DNA of 57,603 nt from a virus (IMGVR_UViG_3300041809_000885:1-57603), one strand, 5' to 3'. Shown: positions 15,595 to 25,912, counted from the first letter of the stretch. The notes: generated from the sequence alone by a model not told the origin. Program-made: numbers and translations.

Positions 15595-17760
15595 ATGTTG
15601 AAGAAACTATTGGTTTCCGTCGCCCTCCTGGCCGCCGTCCCGGCCTTCGCCCAGTCCGTCCAACAGTCCGGCACCGTCACTAGGGGCCACGCGTCTTATT
15701 GGGTCACTAGTGGCGTTATAGGAGACGCGGGGAGTGCTGCGGATAGCCCTGTAACTTCGTTTGGAGTGACCAACAACGGCGGCGCGGGCATCTGCGTCTC
15801 GTCCGATCGCCAAACCGCCGCCGGTCGCAACCAACTTTGCTTTGGGGCCTCGACCGCCGGTCCGGCCACCATCAGCCTGCAGAATTACGGCACCGCTTCC
15901 CCCCAGAATCTCCAGTTCGTCATCAACGGCACGCCGGTCACGGTTCCCACCGGTGGCAGCAGCTTCCTTCAGCTTTCCGGTGCGGTTGTCACCGGACATC
16001 TCCCGTGCTTCAGTGGTACTTTCGGCCTTGTCGTCGATTGCGGCACGTCGATCGGTGCTGGTACCCAGTTCGGCCTGCCCTACTACTCGACGGCCTCGTC
16101 CCTCGGATCGACCGGAGCCGGCGCCAACGGACAATTTTTGATCGGGCAAACCGGAAGCATGCCGCTGTGGATTTCGCTATCGGGTGATGCTACTTCGGTT
16201 TCCGCTGGCGGCGCGTTGACGTTGGACAAGGTCAATGGCATCCCATTTTCTTCATCCTACAGTGCCAATGGTGTTTTGATCGGCGAAGGCACCAATGCAT
16301 TTCATTCTGTTGCTACGCTGAATGTTGGCCAGTGCCTGCTTAGTCAGGGAGCTTCCGATCCGATATGGTCGTCCTGCGCGGCAGGTTCTGGATCAGCTGG
16401 CGGTTCAAATACGCAAGTCCAGTTCAACTCATCCACGTCTCTTGGCGGGTCGGTGAATTTAACATGGATTTCTCCCGCCCTGACCATTGGTCTTGCCGGA
16501 GCAACCACCGGGCAACTTGCATTAGCTCCCGCCGGGTCCGGATCGGGCACGGTTACTGTTCAAAATCCTTCGACAACATCCGCTTACAATTTCAATTTGC
16601 CCACGACCGCTGGATCGCTGGGGCAACCGCTGCTTTCCGGAGGCGGCGGCTCGACCGCCATGTCGTTCGGCACGCTCGGCCTCTCGGGGGGCGGGACAAA
16701 TTGTTCGTCTGCATCTGGCACTTGCCTAGATAATATCACCGGTTTTGCATCGACCGGATTTGTACAGCGGACGGGTGCCGGGTCGTATACATTTTCGCTC
16801 GTTGTTCCGGTTTCGGGCGGAGGTACTGGACTAGCCAATGGAACATCCGGAGGCATTCTCGGATTCACGGGATCCAGCACGATCGCCTCGTCCGGCCTTT
16901 TGGCGGTCAACGGAATTATGATCGGTGGCGGTTCTGGCGTACTCCCCAGCACCATCACGGCTTGCACTAACGGTCAGATTCCAGTCGGCGTGACCTCTGG
17001 GGCACCGGCCTGCCAAACTTTGAGCGCAGATATCGGGGCCATCACCTCTGGCGGGGCTGTTACTATCGCCAATAGCGCGGTAACCGTTGCAAAACAAGCT
17101 AATGCCGCGGCTTATTCACTGGAAGGAAATTTTACCGGGTCGTCAGCTGCTCCTCAGTTTTCTACTATCGGAGCTTTAACCCAGAAGGCCTCGCCGGCAT
17201 CCAGTGATTTGCTTTTGCTGCAAGATCAGGCTGCGTCCGGCGCGCTTAAATACGCGACTGTGTCGTCTATTGCCTCGGCAGGATCGGTCGCGGCGGTTAA
17301 CGGGTTGACGGGCAACGTTACCGTCAACAACAGCGGCATCATTACGGCCACGACGTCGGCTCCCAATATCACGATCGGCATAAATCCGGCGGCGATCACC
17401 AACTCTTTGAGTGGCAACGTAGCTCTTAATAACACGGCCAACTATTTTGATGGTCCCAGCATCGCACAAGGGACTTCGGGTACGTGGTGGGTAAGCGGGA
17501 ATGTTCTCGTTCAGGACAGCAATGCGGCTTCACAATTTTACTGCAAATTATGGGACGGCACGACGGTTATAGATTCAAATAGTTCTCAGACTGTAAGCTC
17601 GAACGCTTCCATAAGTCTGAGTCTTTCGGGGTTTATAACGAGCCCAGCGGCCAACATGAGGATCAGTTGCCGGGATTTTACCGCAACAACAGGCAGCATA
17701 ATAGTAAATCAGAGCGGAAATTCCAAAGACAGCACGATCAGCGCGCACAGAATTCAGTAA
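15595..17760 (+). CDS. Tail-fibre-like Gly/Ser/Thr-rich protein with Sec signal peptide
   Basis: MLKKLLVSVALLAAVPAFA|Q; fibre motifs GGSNTQVQFN, VSGGGTG, AVNGLTGNVT; 12 Cys in 6 apparent pairs. Confidence 0.75.
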   Translation: MLKKLLVSVALLAAVPAFAQSVQQSGTVTRGHASYWVTSGVIGDAGSAADSPVTSFGVTNNGGAGICVSSDRQTAAGRNQLCFGASTAGPATISLQNYGTASPQNLQFVINGTPVTVPTGGSSFLQLSGAVVTGHLPCFSGTFGLVVDCGTSIGAGTQFGLPYYSTASSLGSTGAGANGQFLIGQTGSMPLWISLSGDATSVSAGGALTLDKVNGIPFSSSYSANGVLIGEGTNAFHSVATLNVGQCLLSQGASDPIWSSCAAGSGSAGGSNTQVQFNSSTSLGGSVNLTWISPALTIGLAGATTGQLALAPAGSGSGTVTVQNPSTTSAYNFNLPTTAGSLGQPLLSGGGGSTAMSFGTLGLSGGGTNCSSASGTCLDNITGFASTGFVQRTGAGSYTFSLVVPVSGGGTGLANGTSGGILGFTGSSTIASSGLLAVNGIMIGGGSGVLPSTITACTNGQIPVGVTSGAPACQTLSADIGAITSGGAVTIANSAVTVAKQANAAAYSLEGNFTGSSAAPQFSTIGALTQKASPASSDLLLLQDQAASGALKYATVSSIASAGSVAAVNGLTGNVTVNNSGIITATTSAPNITIGINPAAITNSLSGNVALNNTANYFDGPSIAQGTSGTWWVSGNVLVQDSNAASQFYCKLWDGTTVIDSNSSQTVSSNASISLSLSGFITSPAANMRISCRDFTATTGSIIVNQSGNSKDSTISAHRIQ

Positions 17761-18413
17761 TGGCTTTCATCAACACCCTGTACAATCTGTGGCCGAACGG
17801 CGATCGCCTGATCCCGGGGCTGCGCGACGGCATTGCCAAGTCAGCACCGGTTGTTTTTCCGAAGTATGGGTTCACTTCGAATTTGCTGATCGCGCATCTG
17901 ATGGCGCAGATCAGCCTTGAATGCGGCGCCGGAATGGAAGTCGAAGAGGATCTTAATTATTCCCCGCAGCGTCTTCCTGCGGTATGGCCCTTGCATTTCA
18001 ATAGCGGCAACGCGTGGATATACGCCCACAACCCGCAGAAGCTCGCCAATTATATTTACGAGCCGCCGCTACACAACGACCTGGGTAATTTCCCCAAGTC
18101 TAATGATGGCTGGTGGTTTCGAGGGCGCGGGGCGACGCAGCCGACTGGCCGGGACGGATATACAAAACTGATGGCTTTCCTCGCTAAAAACGGCGTAAGC
18201 CTCGACATCGTCACCAACCCCGATCTCGTCAACGCCCCCGAACACTTCCTGGAATGTGGTGCGGCCGATTTCATCCTTTGCGGCTGCCTGCTGTGGGCGC
18301 AGGCCGACAACGTGGTGCAGGTCACCCGCCACCTGAACGGCGGATATACCGGGCTTTCCGACCGGATGACGTGGCTTCGCCGCTGGAAGGCTGCCCTAGA
18401 CACCGTATCCTAA
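17760..18413 (+). CDS. GH19 (chitinase-like) endolysin
   Basis: HLMAQISLECG, EEDLNYS, DGWWFRGRG..QPTGRDGY, VTRHLNGGYTGLSDR; start 17760 by TAATG overlap. Confidence 0.9.
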   Translation: MAFINTLYNLWPNGDRLIPGLRDGIAKSAPVVFPKYGFTSNLLIAHLMAQISLECGAGMEVEEDLNYSPQRLPAVWPLHFNSGNAWIYAHNPQKLANYIYEPPLHNDLGNFPKSNDGWWFRGRGATQPTGRDGYTKLMAFLAKNGVSLDIVTNPDLVNAPEHFLECGAADFILCGCLLWAQADNVVQVTRHLNGGYTGLSDRMTWLRRWKAALDTVS

Positions 18414-18452
18414 ATGTGACAGGTTGCCGCAACCCGCAGGAGCATCCTAATC

Positions 18453-18797
18453 ATGAACCTCAGTGGCAAGCAGTGGATCGGCATCGTCGGCGTCATCCTC
18501 AACACGCTCATGACTTCCACTGCGGTTTTCACCAAAATCTGGGGCCCCGATACGGCATCGCTTATCGTCATGGTGCTCGGAATGATCAACACCATGTTCA
18601 GCGGCATCGGCGTCATCTTGGCCAGTCAGCTTAATACCGTCAAGGACGTGCTTGCCATGCCTGGGATCGAACATGTTTCCGTCAATTCGCAGGCCACCGA
18701 CGGATTGGCCGCTATGGCGATCGATCCCGCTATCAACAAGATCGCTCCGACTCGTGCCGCCATGGCAGACATTACCGAAACCACCAAAGGATCCTGA
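18453..18797 (+). CDS. Holin-like protein with two TM segments
   Basis: Two hydrophobic segments; follows the endolysin. Confidence 0.55.
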   Translation: MNLSGKQWIGIVGVILNTLMTSTAVFTKIWGPDTASLIVMVLGMINTMFSGIGVILASQLNTVKDVLAMPGIEHVSVNSQATDGLAAMAIDPAINKIAPTRAAMADITETTKGS

Positions 18798-18798
18798 C

Positions 18799-19179
18799 AT
18801 GAAAAAACTCCTTCTCGTTATTCCCCTCGCGCTGATGCTGGGGGCTTGTGCCTCCCTGCAGACCGCATGGTCCGTCGTCACCGGCGCTTCGATCTCGCCG
18901 ACCCAGATCATTATCGCCGCCAATGCCTTCGATGCCGGCGAGGCCAGTGCCACGCAGTACCTGCTGTATTGCAAGGCTACAGTTCCGGCGCCGTCCTATT
19001 GCGCGCTGTCCACGCGCCAGCAGGTGGTTGCCGCGGTCCGTGCCGGCCGCGTCACGCGCGCCCAATTGGAACCGTACATTGTTTCCAACACTGCCGGCCC
19101 GGCAGCGCTTTACAATGCGTTGGTGGCGACGGTGACCTCGTTGCAATCGCAGATTCCGACCGCAGGAGTTGCCAAATGA
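18799..19179 (+). CDS. Lipoprotein (spanin-like or lysis accessory)
   Basis: MKKLLLVIPLALMLGA|C lipobox. Confidence 0.7.
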   Translation: MKKLLLVIPLALMLGACASLQTAWSVVTGASISPTQIIIAANAFDAGEASATQYLLYCKATVPAPSYCALSTRQQVVAAVRAGRVTRAQLEPYIVSNTAGPAALYNALVATVTSLQSQIPTAGVAK

Positions 19180-19466
19180 GCATTCTTATCACCTCAGTCC
19201 TCGCGATGATCGAGGCTTTGTTGCCCGCGATCACCTCGACGGCCAATGCCACGATGATTGACGGTATCGTGACCGCACTGACCAACATGTTGCCGTATAT
19301 TATCCAGGAAGTCGAAGCCCTGGTGACCCCGGTCAAGAACATCATCGCGGCGCTATCGGCCAACCCGGCAACTACAGCAGCACAGTTGACCGCCTTGCAG
19401 ACGCTGGATCAGCAGGTCGATGCGGCGTTCGACGCGGCGGCGTCCGCGACCGATGCCGGAACGTAA
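19176..19466 (+). CDS. Hypothetical lysis-module protein
   Basis: ATGA-coupled, AGGAG RBS, amphipathic. Confidence 0.7.
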   Translation: MSILITSVLAMIEALLPAITSTANATMIDGIVTALTNMLPYIIQEVEALVTPVKNIIAALSANPATTAAQLTALQTLDQQVDAAFDAAASATDAGT

Positions 19467-19530
19467 CCGTCTCGACGCTGTTTAATTCCCACCGGGGTAG
19501 GTGAGAATGGCACGCGCATCGAGACGGCAA

Positions 19531-19815
19531 ATGACCGAGTTCAGCGACAACGGAAGTGCAAAGCTGGAGCGGGAATGGCACCTTAACAAGGGTATCCCTG
19601 TCGTATGGTTGGTGGGGAGCCTTGTTATCGGACTGGCACAGTTTGGCGGCCTGGTCTGGTACGCGTCTCAATTCAATACCCGCGTCGACATCGTGGAAAA
19701 GACGGTGGCCTTGATCGCGCCGCAGGGCGAGCGGCTGACAAGGCTTGAGGAAAAACTGGTGGCGGTTCAGGCGACTACCAACCGGATCGAAGCCCTTCTC
19801 ACCATCAAACACTGA
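19531..19815 (+). CDS. Single-TM coiled-coil protein (holin/XhlA-like)
   Basis: WHLNKGIPVVWLVGSLVIGL then coiled coil; start could be 19507. Confidence 0.6.
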   Translation: MTEFSDNGSAKLEREWHLNKGIPVVWLVGSLVIGLAQFGGLVWYASQFNTRVDIVEKTVALIAPQGERLTRLEEKLVAVQATTNRIEALLTIKH

Positions 19816-19832
19816 CTTCGGGAGTATCATCC

Positions 19833-20510
19833 ATGAAGTACCTGTTTTCCGTATTGATTTTTTTCGCCCTTTTTTCATCGGCCGAGGCTGGACACCGGCA
19901 CTACAAGCATCGCACGCACCACGTTCAGCGACACCATGCTGTGCATCACGCAAGGCATCACGTGCGTCACAGGTACCATCGACGGCATCGACATCATTAC
20001 CGACAGCCCGATCTTCGGGCGCATCACGGAGTCGGCGTGGTGCGGGCGAAATTAGGCGCGACGACGCATGTGGCCGCGCGTGCCGCCGCGGCTTTCCAGT
20101 GCATCATCGACAAACTGGAGCAGCAAGGATATCCGGTTAAGTTCATGGGCGGTTTTGCGCGCGGCGGGCATATTCCCGGCAGTCTGCATTACTCGGGCCT
20201 GGCGCTTGATGTGAACCAGGTAGCTCGGAACGTGACCCGGCCCGCGATGCCTTCGAACGAGATCGCGCTGGCGAATTCCTGCGGGCTGATAAGCGGGGCG
20301 CAGTGGCGCTGGGCCGATAGCGGGCATTTTCAACTGGGCGGATGGGCAGGCAGGATGTCGGTAGACCCAACCCGGCTACAAGGTTATAAAGGCTCCCATG
20401 GCAGGTTGGTCGCATCAAAAACGGGTGGCGTTCGAGGAGGCGTTCTACGCTTTTCTCGCGCAGTGCCGAATCAATTCGAAGAACCTCGGTTTCGTCTCCC
20501 TTGGCGATAA
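19833..20510 (+). CDS. Secreted M15-family Zn peptidase-like protein with His/Arg-rich linker
   Basis: Signal peptide MKYLFSVLIFFALFSSAEA; SLHYSGLALDVN and DSGHFQL motifs. Confidence 0.7.
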   Translation: MKYLFSVLIFFALFSSAEAGHRHYKHRTHHVQRHHAVHHARHHVRHRYHRRHRHHYRQPDLRAHHGVGVVRAKLGATTHVAARAAAAFQCIIDKLEQQGYPVKFMGGFARGGHIPGSLHYSGLALDVNQVARNVTRPAMPSNEIALANSCGLISGAQWRWADSGHFQLGGWAGRMSVDPTRLQGYKGSHGRLVASKTGGVRGGVLRFSRAVPNQFEEPRFRLPWR

Positions 20511-22311
20511 TCTCTATTATGGCCAGAAGTATTTCATCACCAAAGCGCTCGACGGCCTCGAGGAAGACAAGCACGACATCTACGTCCTGAAGTCCCGCCA
20601 GCTCGGCATCACCACGATCGCCCGCGCGCTGTCCACCTTCTATCTCGGCATTCACCGCGGCCTGTCCGGCGCTTTGGTGTTCGACTCGAACGAGAACAAG
20701 AACCTGGCGCGAGACGAGCTCGTGACCATGATCAGCGATCTTCCCGAGCGCCTGAAATTCCCGACCATCAAGAAGGACAACCGTGATGGCCTCACCCTCG
20801 TCAACAACTCGAAAATCCTGTTCAAGTCTGCGGGAGTTAAAAAAACTAAAACTTCTGGCACGTTGGGACGATCTGCAGGTCTTACACTTTCTCACGGATC
20901 TGAACTCTGCTCGTGGGACAATGACGAAGGACTTGTTTCGTATCGAAGATCGCTATCGGATAGTCATCCCGATCGCCTTTATATCTGGGAGTCCACCGCT
21001 CGCGGACCTAATGCGTGGCAGGATATGTGGTACGAGGCGCGAGCCGACGTAAACCATTGTGTCTGCGTTTTCATCGGCTGGTGGGCGCATGACGGCCAAC
21101 GCATCGAGCGCGACAGCAAGGACTGGGAGTTTTACGGCACCCAGCCGCCGACCGCCGACGAGCAGAAGAAAATCGACAAGGTCAAGGAGCTGTACGATTT
21201 TGCCATATCGCAGGAGCAGCTGGCGTGGTATCGCCGACTGGTTGATCCGGCTTCTCGCGATACTGGCGATACTGACGCTGGTTTCGAAGCGAACCAGTTC
21301 CAGAAGCAGGAAGATCCATGGGATGAGGATGAGGCGTTCCAGATTACGGGCAGCGTATTTTTCTCTGGTGAGAGCCTTAAAGATCAGTCGGACAAGTATG
21401 TTTCCAACAAATACAAATCCTACATGTTTTTGCCCGGCACTGAATTCTGCGATCTTAAGGTTTATCCGGCGGAGACGTCGCGCAATATAGAATTGAAAGT
21501 GTGGGAGCCTCCGCAGCGCGAGGCGGTGTATTCGTTCAGCATCGACCCGGCGTTCGGCGAGAACGAGAACAACGATCGTTCGTCGTTTCAGGTTTTACGT
21601 TGTTACTCCGATGGCGTCGATCAGGTCGCCGAGTACGCCTACCCGCTGATTTCGACTAAACATTTTGCGTGGGTGATTGCGGCGGTCATGGGTTGGTACG
21701 GTGCTGAGCCGTTGACTGAGATATTCTGGATACTTGAACTTAATGGTCCCGGTAGCGCTGTTCTCGATGAGATGAAAGGGCTGAAGTTTCAGATCGAGAA
21801 TTCTTACGGCCCGTTGGCCGAGCAGGGCATTCGTAATATCTTTCAGAACGTCAAACAATACATCCATTCTCGTCCGGATTCGATGACCGGCGGCGCAGCC
21901 TGGCATTGGAAAACTTCGGGACAGAACAAAGTGATGATTCTCGAAAAGTTTCGAGGTATTGTCGCTAATGGCCAGATGCGGATCAGGTCGCAGGAATTGA
22001 TTCGAGAGATGCAGCGGGTGGCACGCGATGGAGACACTATCAAGGCCAGCGGCACCGGCGACGCCGGCAAGGATGACCGTACTTTGGCCGGCGCTCTCGG
22101 GGTTCATAACTGGGACGTAAAGATTCGGCGCAACCTGATCGTCCAGAAGCGGTCGCGCGAGGCCGAGAAGGTGCGCAAGATGCGGAGTGTTGTTGACCAG
22201 ACGCAGATGTTCAACCAAAACATGATGTCGGCGTTCATGGGTCAGAAGCAGCAGAGCCGGATTGCGCAGCAGCGGCTGGCGATGAAGAACACATGGAGAT
22301 ACGGGAGATAG
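20398..22311 (+). CDS. terL: Terminase large subunit
   Basis: VLKSRQLGITT (Walker A), HGSE, WESTARG, SIDPAFG, ELNGPG, KDDR. Confidence 0.93.
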   Translation: MAGWSHQKRVAFEEAFYAFLAQCRINSKNLGFVSLGDNLYYGQKYFITKALDGLEEDKHDIYVLKSRQLGITTIARALSTFYLGIHRGLSGALVFDSNENKNLARDELVTMISDLPERLKFPTIKKDNRDGLTLVNNSKILFKSAGVKKTKTSGTLGRSAGLTLSHGSELCSWDNDEGLVSYRRSLSDSHPDRLYIWESTARGPNAWQDMWYEARADVNHCVCVFIGWWAHDGQRIERDSKDWEFYGTQPPTADEQKKIDKVKELYDFAISQEQLAWYRRLVDPASRDTGDTDAGFEANQFQKQEDPWDEDEAFQITGSVFFSGESLKDQSDKYVSNKYKSYMFLPGTEFCDLKVYPAETSRNIELKVWEPPQREAVYSFSIDPAFGENENNDRSSFQVLRCYSDGVDQVAEYAYPLISTKHFAWVIAAVMGWYGAEPLTEIFWILELNGPGSAVLDEMKGLKFQIENSYGPLAEQGIRNIFQNVKQYIHSRPDSMTGGAAWHWKTSGQNKVMILEKFRGIVANGQMRIRSQELIREMQRVARDGDTIKASGTGDAGKDDRTLAGALGVHNWDVKIRRNLIVQKRSREAEKVRKMRSVVDQTQMFNQNMMSAFMGQKQQSRIAQQRLAMKNTWRYGR

Positions 22312-22312
22312 C

Positions 22313-22852
22313 ATGGCAGTCGTTCTCAAATGCCCGGCTTGCGAGAAAAAGTTCAAGTATGACGTTGCGCAGGGTTGGCCGGATTTTTGCCCGTTGTGCA
22401 GTGCCGACATCAATAACCGGGTGCCCGACGACGTCGTCGTGATGCCTGCCTTTCTGTCGCAGAAGTCGAAGAATAACGACAAGGTGGCGCGCGATATCAT
22501 GGACAGCTCGGAAAAGCGGGCCGAACTCGGCGCTGCCATGGCCGGCGTTCCGGTATCCGAGATGTCGAACCTCAAGATCACCAATCTCAACGACCGCAGG
22601 GATGCCGAGTTCTCGGCGATCGAGGTCAACAACCCGGTGACCCAGCGGATGGCCGAGATGAAGGCCCGCGGCATGCCGACCGGCTTCGGCGTGGCTCAAG
22701 CCAACGAATACGCGGCACAGGCCCACACCGGCGTTGCCCCGCACGCTGGCCTGCGCTCGCGCAATCGGGTACAAGCAGCGTTAGCTCCGATCGGGAGCGC
22801 CCCGCTGCCGCTTGAGATCACCAACAACCCGAATTACAGGTCGCCTGTATGA
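22313..22852 (+). CDS. Zn-ribbon hypothetical protein
   Basis: CPAC..CPLC at the N-terminus; between terminase and portal. Confidence 0.75.
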   Translation: MAVVLKCPACEKKFKYDVAQGWPDFCPLCSADINNRVPDDVVVMPAFLSQKSKNNDKVARDIMDSSEKRAELGAAMAGVPVSEMSNLKITNLNDRRDAEFSAIEVNNPVTQRMAEMKARGMPTGFGVAQANEYAAQAHTGVAPHAGLRSRNRVQAALAPIGSAPLPLEITNNPNYRSPV

Positions 22853-24579
22853 TCCCTCTCCCGACAGCCGAGAAGGAACTGATCCCGGCGGCAATGGAAT
22901 TGATCGAGACCTGCCGGGTCAGCCAAGGCAATCGGGCGGCGTATTACCGGTTGCTGAATCAGATCGCCGAGACCGGCCGCCCCGACGGCAACAAGGCGCT
23001 CATCAACATGATGAACGCACATCTTGAGCGCACGCAGTCGCATCTGTTCTCGCCGATCGAGTTGAAATTCTCTTGCGACTTCGACAACGACTACAAGCCC
23101 GATGTGATCAAGCGCGGGCAGGTCGCCGCCAAGCACTTGACCCGGCATTGGGAGCGATCCGGCTGCGGCACGCTGTTCGGTCAGGGCGTCAAGGAAGGTT
23201 TGAAATACGGTGCCGCGCTGCTCAAGCAATGGCCGAAGTCCGAAGGGCCTGTCGGCAAGGAGCGGATTTATTACGAGAAGAAGCTGGTGATGCCGTGGAA
23301 TTTCGGCGTCTACCGCGAGAGCGAGAGTGACATCGATAATCAGGAAGCGATGTGTGAGACGTCGTATTTGACCGGTCCCGAGGTATGGCAGCGCATCTGG
23401 CGCTTTCCCAAGGCTAAGGAACTGTACGATCGTATCATGGTTCACGGTCAGGTCGGGCAAAGTACCGGCAGCGGTCCCGATAGTTTTTTTCATCAGGTGC
23501 TGTCGACATCGCAACTCAACACCGGCGTCAACGCGGCGACGCGTCCGCTGTCGGGCGGCATTGTCCAGCTTGGCAACGATCCGAATTACCCGACCATCAG
23601 TCCGACCGACGGCGCCCCGACGGTAAAGTTTCACGAGCTGTGGGTGAAGGGTGAGGAAGATTACGCGACCATTCAGGTTGTCGAGCCCGATATCCTGGTG
23701 ACGCGGTTTAAGATGTCAAACCTGATGGGTATCGATCGCGTGCAGCCGTATCGGTTGATCCAGCCGAACCCGATGGTGAACTGGTTCTGGGGCCGCAGCG
23801 AGCTGATTGACCTGATCGAGCCGCAGGGCTTCCTGTCGGCGTTGTGCGATGATTTGAAGCGGCTGATCGGTTTACAGATCGATAAGATCCTGTCGTTCTC
23901 TGGCGATAACACCATGACGGACGAGGCTTATGCTCAGTTCCGGTTGGCCGGTTACTGGAACGGTGGGCCGAATTCGAAGGTCGAGGATCTGACGCCGAAA
24001 TTCCCGTCCGAATTGCTGCCGATCATCAAATACGTGCAGGAGCAGATCAACACGCTCGGCTCGTTCCCCGATATCATGCAGGGCAAGGGTGAGTCCGGCG
24101 TGCGCGCCGGTGCTCATGCGGAAACACTGATGAAAACGGCTTCGCCGACGCTGCGTGACCGCGCGCTGCTGACCGAGCAGCAACTGGCGGCCTGTGCCGA
24201 TCTCACCATGACGATGATGGAAGCCAAGGAAGACCGCAAATACTGGACCGATGCGGAGAAGATGGAAGATACGTCGTTCATGCTGAGCGATCTGCCGGAA
24301 GACTGGCGCGTCACGGTGGATAGCCACTCGTCGAGCCCGATCTTCGCCGACGAGGCGACGCAATTGCTGTTTGCGCTGCGCAAAGTCGGCGACGTCGACG
24401 GCGAATTCATCATCGACCACACCGCGGTGCCCGATAAGGAGACCGCCAAGGCCTCGCTCAAGCAGCGCAAGGCCGCTGGTCAGCAGATGCAGGAAAAGCT
24501 GATGGCGCAGCTATCGCCGGAAGGCAAGGACAAGGCGATCGAGAAGATGCTTGGGCACACGGGTGGTGGGCACCATTAG
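22849..24579 (+). CDS. Portal protein
   Basis: 576 aa; position after TerL and before scaffold/capsid; FWGRSE and MQG..ESGVRAG portal-like motifs. Confidence 0.8.
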   Translation: MIPLPTAEKELIPAAMELIETCRVSQGNRAAYYRLLNQIAETGRPDGNKALINMMNAHLERTQSHLFSPIELKFSCDFDNDYKPDVIKRGQVAAKHLTRHWERSGCGTLFGQGVKEGLKYGAALLKQWPKSEGPVGKERIYYEKKLVMPWNFGVYRESESDIDNQEAMCETSYLTGPEVWQRIWRFPKAKELYDRIMVHGQVGQSTGSGPDSFFHQVLSTSQLNTGVNAATRPLSGGIVQLGNDPNYPTISPTDGAPTVKFHELWVKGEEDYATIQVVEPDILVTRFKMSNLMGIDRVQPYRLIQPNPMVNWFWGRSELIDLIEPQGFLSALCDDLKRLIGLQIDKILSFSGDNTMTDEAYAQFRLAGYWNGGPNSKVEDLTPKFPSELLPIIKYVQEQINTLGSFPDIMQGKGESGVRAGAHAETLMKTASPTLRDRALLTEQQLAACADLTMTMMEAKEDRKYWTDAEKMEDTSFMLSDLPEDWRVTVDSHSSSPIFADEATQLLFALRKVGDVDGEFIIDHTAVPDKETAKASLKQRKAAGQQMQEKLMAQLSPEGKDKAIEKMLGHTGGGHH

Positions 24580-24590
24580 CGAGATGAAGG

Positions 24591-24767
24591 ATGCCGGTAT
24601 CCGACCGTGACCATTTTGACGCTTTAAGGGCCGCAGATCAAAGGGCGGTGGAATTACTTGCGACCGCTAATGCCGCGAATATCAGCCGCACCCGAGAAGC
24701 GATAGCGATATTGATTTCAGTTATTTCGGTAATCGTAGCTGTTGCGGCAATCACACTTCATCACTGA
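24591..24767 (+). CDS. Small protein with C-terminal TM segment (not in the ORF track)
   Basis: 58 aa MPVSDRDHFDALRAADQ...AIAILISVISVIVAVAAITLHH. Confidence 0.5.
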   Translation: MPVSDRDHFDALRAADQRAVELLATANAANISRTREAIAILISVISVIVAVAAITLHH

Positions 24768-25111
24768 CGGAAGTTCGGCGTGATCACTCCCGGACTTTGC
24801 TGGGCGCCGCGAAGCACCGGGTCGGACATTGCTCGCGTGCGCGCCTTCACTTCCCCCCGCGCATTGGCGAGGCTGCGGAGAATGCGGGCTTCCTCGACGA
24901 GGTCGAGGTCTTCGAGCATGACGCCGTGTACTGAATCCAATTCGATTGATGCCTGCTGCCCGAAATCGTCCTCAACGATGTACCGGCCCGGCAATTCTCG
25001 ACCCTTGGCGGTTTCATACGCGGAGTAGTGCGCGAGTGCACGTTCTTTGTCTTTGAAAAGAAGCGCCCACACCATCGCATTCGGTCCGAAGTGGATTGAG
25101 AGGCTGTACAT
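24761..25111 (-). CDS. Hypothetical protein in the reverse-oriented pair
   Basis: 116 aa, downstream of the HTH gene. Confidence 0.75.
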   Translation of the reverse strand: MYSLSIHFGPNAMVWALLFKDKERALAHYSAYETAKGRELPGRYIVEDDFGQQASIELDSVHGVMLEDLDLVEEARILRSLANARGEVKARTRAMSDPVLRGAQQSPGVITPNFRQ

Positions 25112-25114
25112 CGA

Positions 25115-25333
25115 TCACCCTTGTTTCTGTGAGCCGCCATTGGCCCACGTTATGAATTCCTCGCGCGGGAATCTCCACACGCCTTTGGGCTTGCCCGCCA
25201 GTCGAAACACCGGCGGGCGATTTTTTCTCATCTTGATGTAGAGGTAGAGGGTCGTCGTAGTGACGCCGAGATAATCGGCCGCCTCTTTGGCGGTGAACCA
25301 CGGTCGCTGCGACGGCGTCGGGCTAATTCCCAT
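25115..25333 (-). CDS. Excisionase/MerR-like HTH (HTH_17/AlpA-like) protein
   Basis: FTAKEAADYLGVTTTTLY..PPVFRL..WRFPREEFITW. Confidence 0.85.
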   Translation of the reverse strand: MGISPTPSQRPWFTAKEAADYLGVTTTTLYLYIKMRKNRPPVFRLAGKPKGVWRFPREEFITWANGGSQKQG

Positions 25334-25488
25334 GAGTATTTCGAAATAATTCCAAGGACGATGAACCACTTATACAACTTATGAACTTTTGTCAATTCCG
25401 CCTCTCGCCTTCTTCCCAGTTCCAAACGAGGTTGTGCGGGCACATGACGTGCGATGACTTCAACCCCTAAATAGGAAAGGGCCGCCAG

Positions 25489-25533
25489 ATGTTCACCGCC
25501 AACAAGCGCAAGCACCGCAAGGGCCGGAAGTAA
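25489..25533 (+). CDS. 14-aa basic micropeptide MFTANKRKHRKGRK
   Basis: AGGAAAGG RBS, GC3-rich codons, heads the capsid-assembly cluster. Confidence 0.5.
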   Translation: MFTANKRKHRKGRK

Positions 25534-25540
25534 TTCCGCA

Positions 25541-25912
25541 ATGCCTATCCCAGCTCCTGCAGCACCGGGCGGACAGCCTGCGCAGCCTCCCTTCGGACAA
25601 ACACCGGCCACCGGTGCGACGCCGAACAAGGGCTACGAAGCTGCCGGACTGCAGGAGCTGGGGGTCATCGTGAAGCAGATGGAAAAGATCCTGCCGCAAG
25701 TTGGCGCAAGTTCGGATGTCGGTAAAGCAGTGCTCGATTGCCTGAACAAGCTGGTCAAGTTCGTTCCCGCCGGATCGGTCACCCCCGCCGCCCAGAAGAA
25801 TTCCATCGAAGCCCAGCAGCGCGCCATGGCGCAGAACAATCAGCAGGCGCAGGCCGTGCAGCAGATGCGACAGAAGCAGGCGCAGCCACAGGCTCAAGGA
25901 GCCGCCGCGTGA
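25541..25912 (+). CDS. Pro/Gln-rich head-region protein
   Basis: 123 aa, phage codon usage. Confidence 0.75.
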   Translation: MPIPAPAAPGGQPAQPPFGQTPATGATPNKGYEAAGLQELGVIVKQMEKILPQVGASSDVGKAVLDCLNKLVKFVPAGSVTPAAQKNSIEAQQRAMAQNNQQAQAVQQMRQKQAQPQAQGAAA

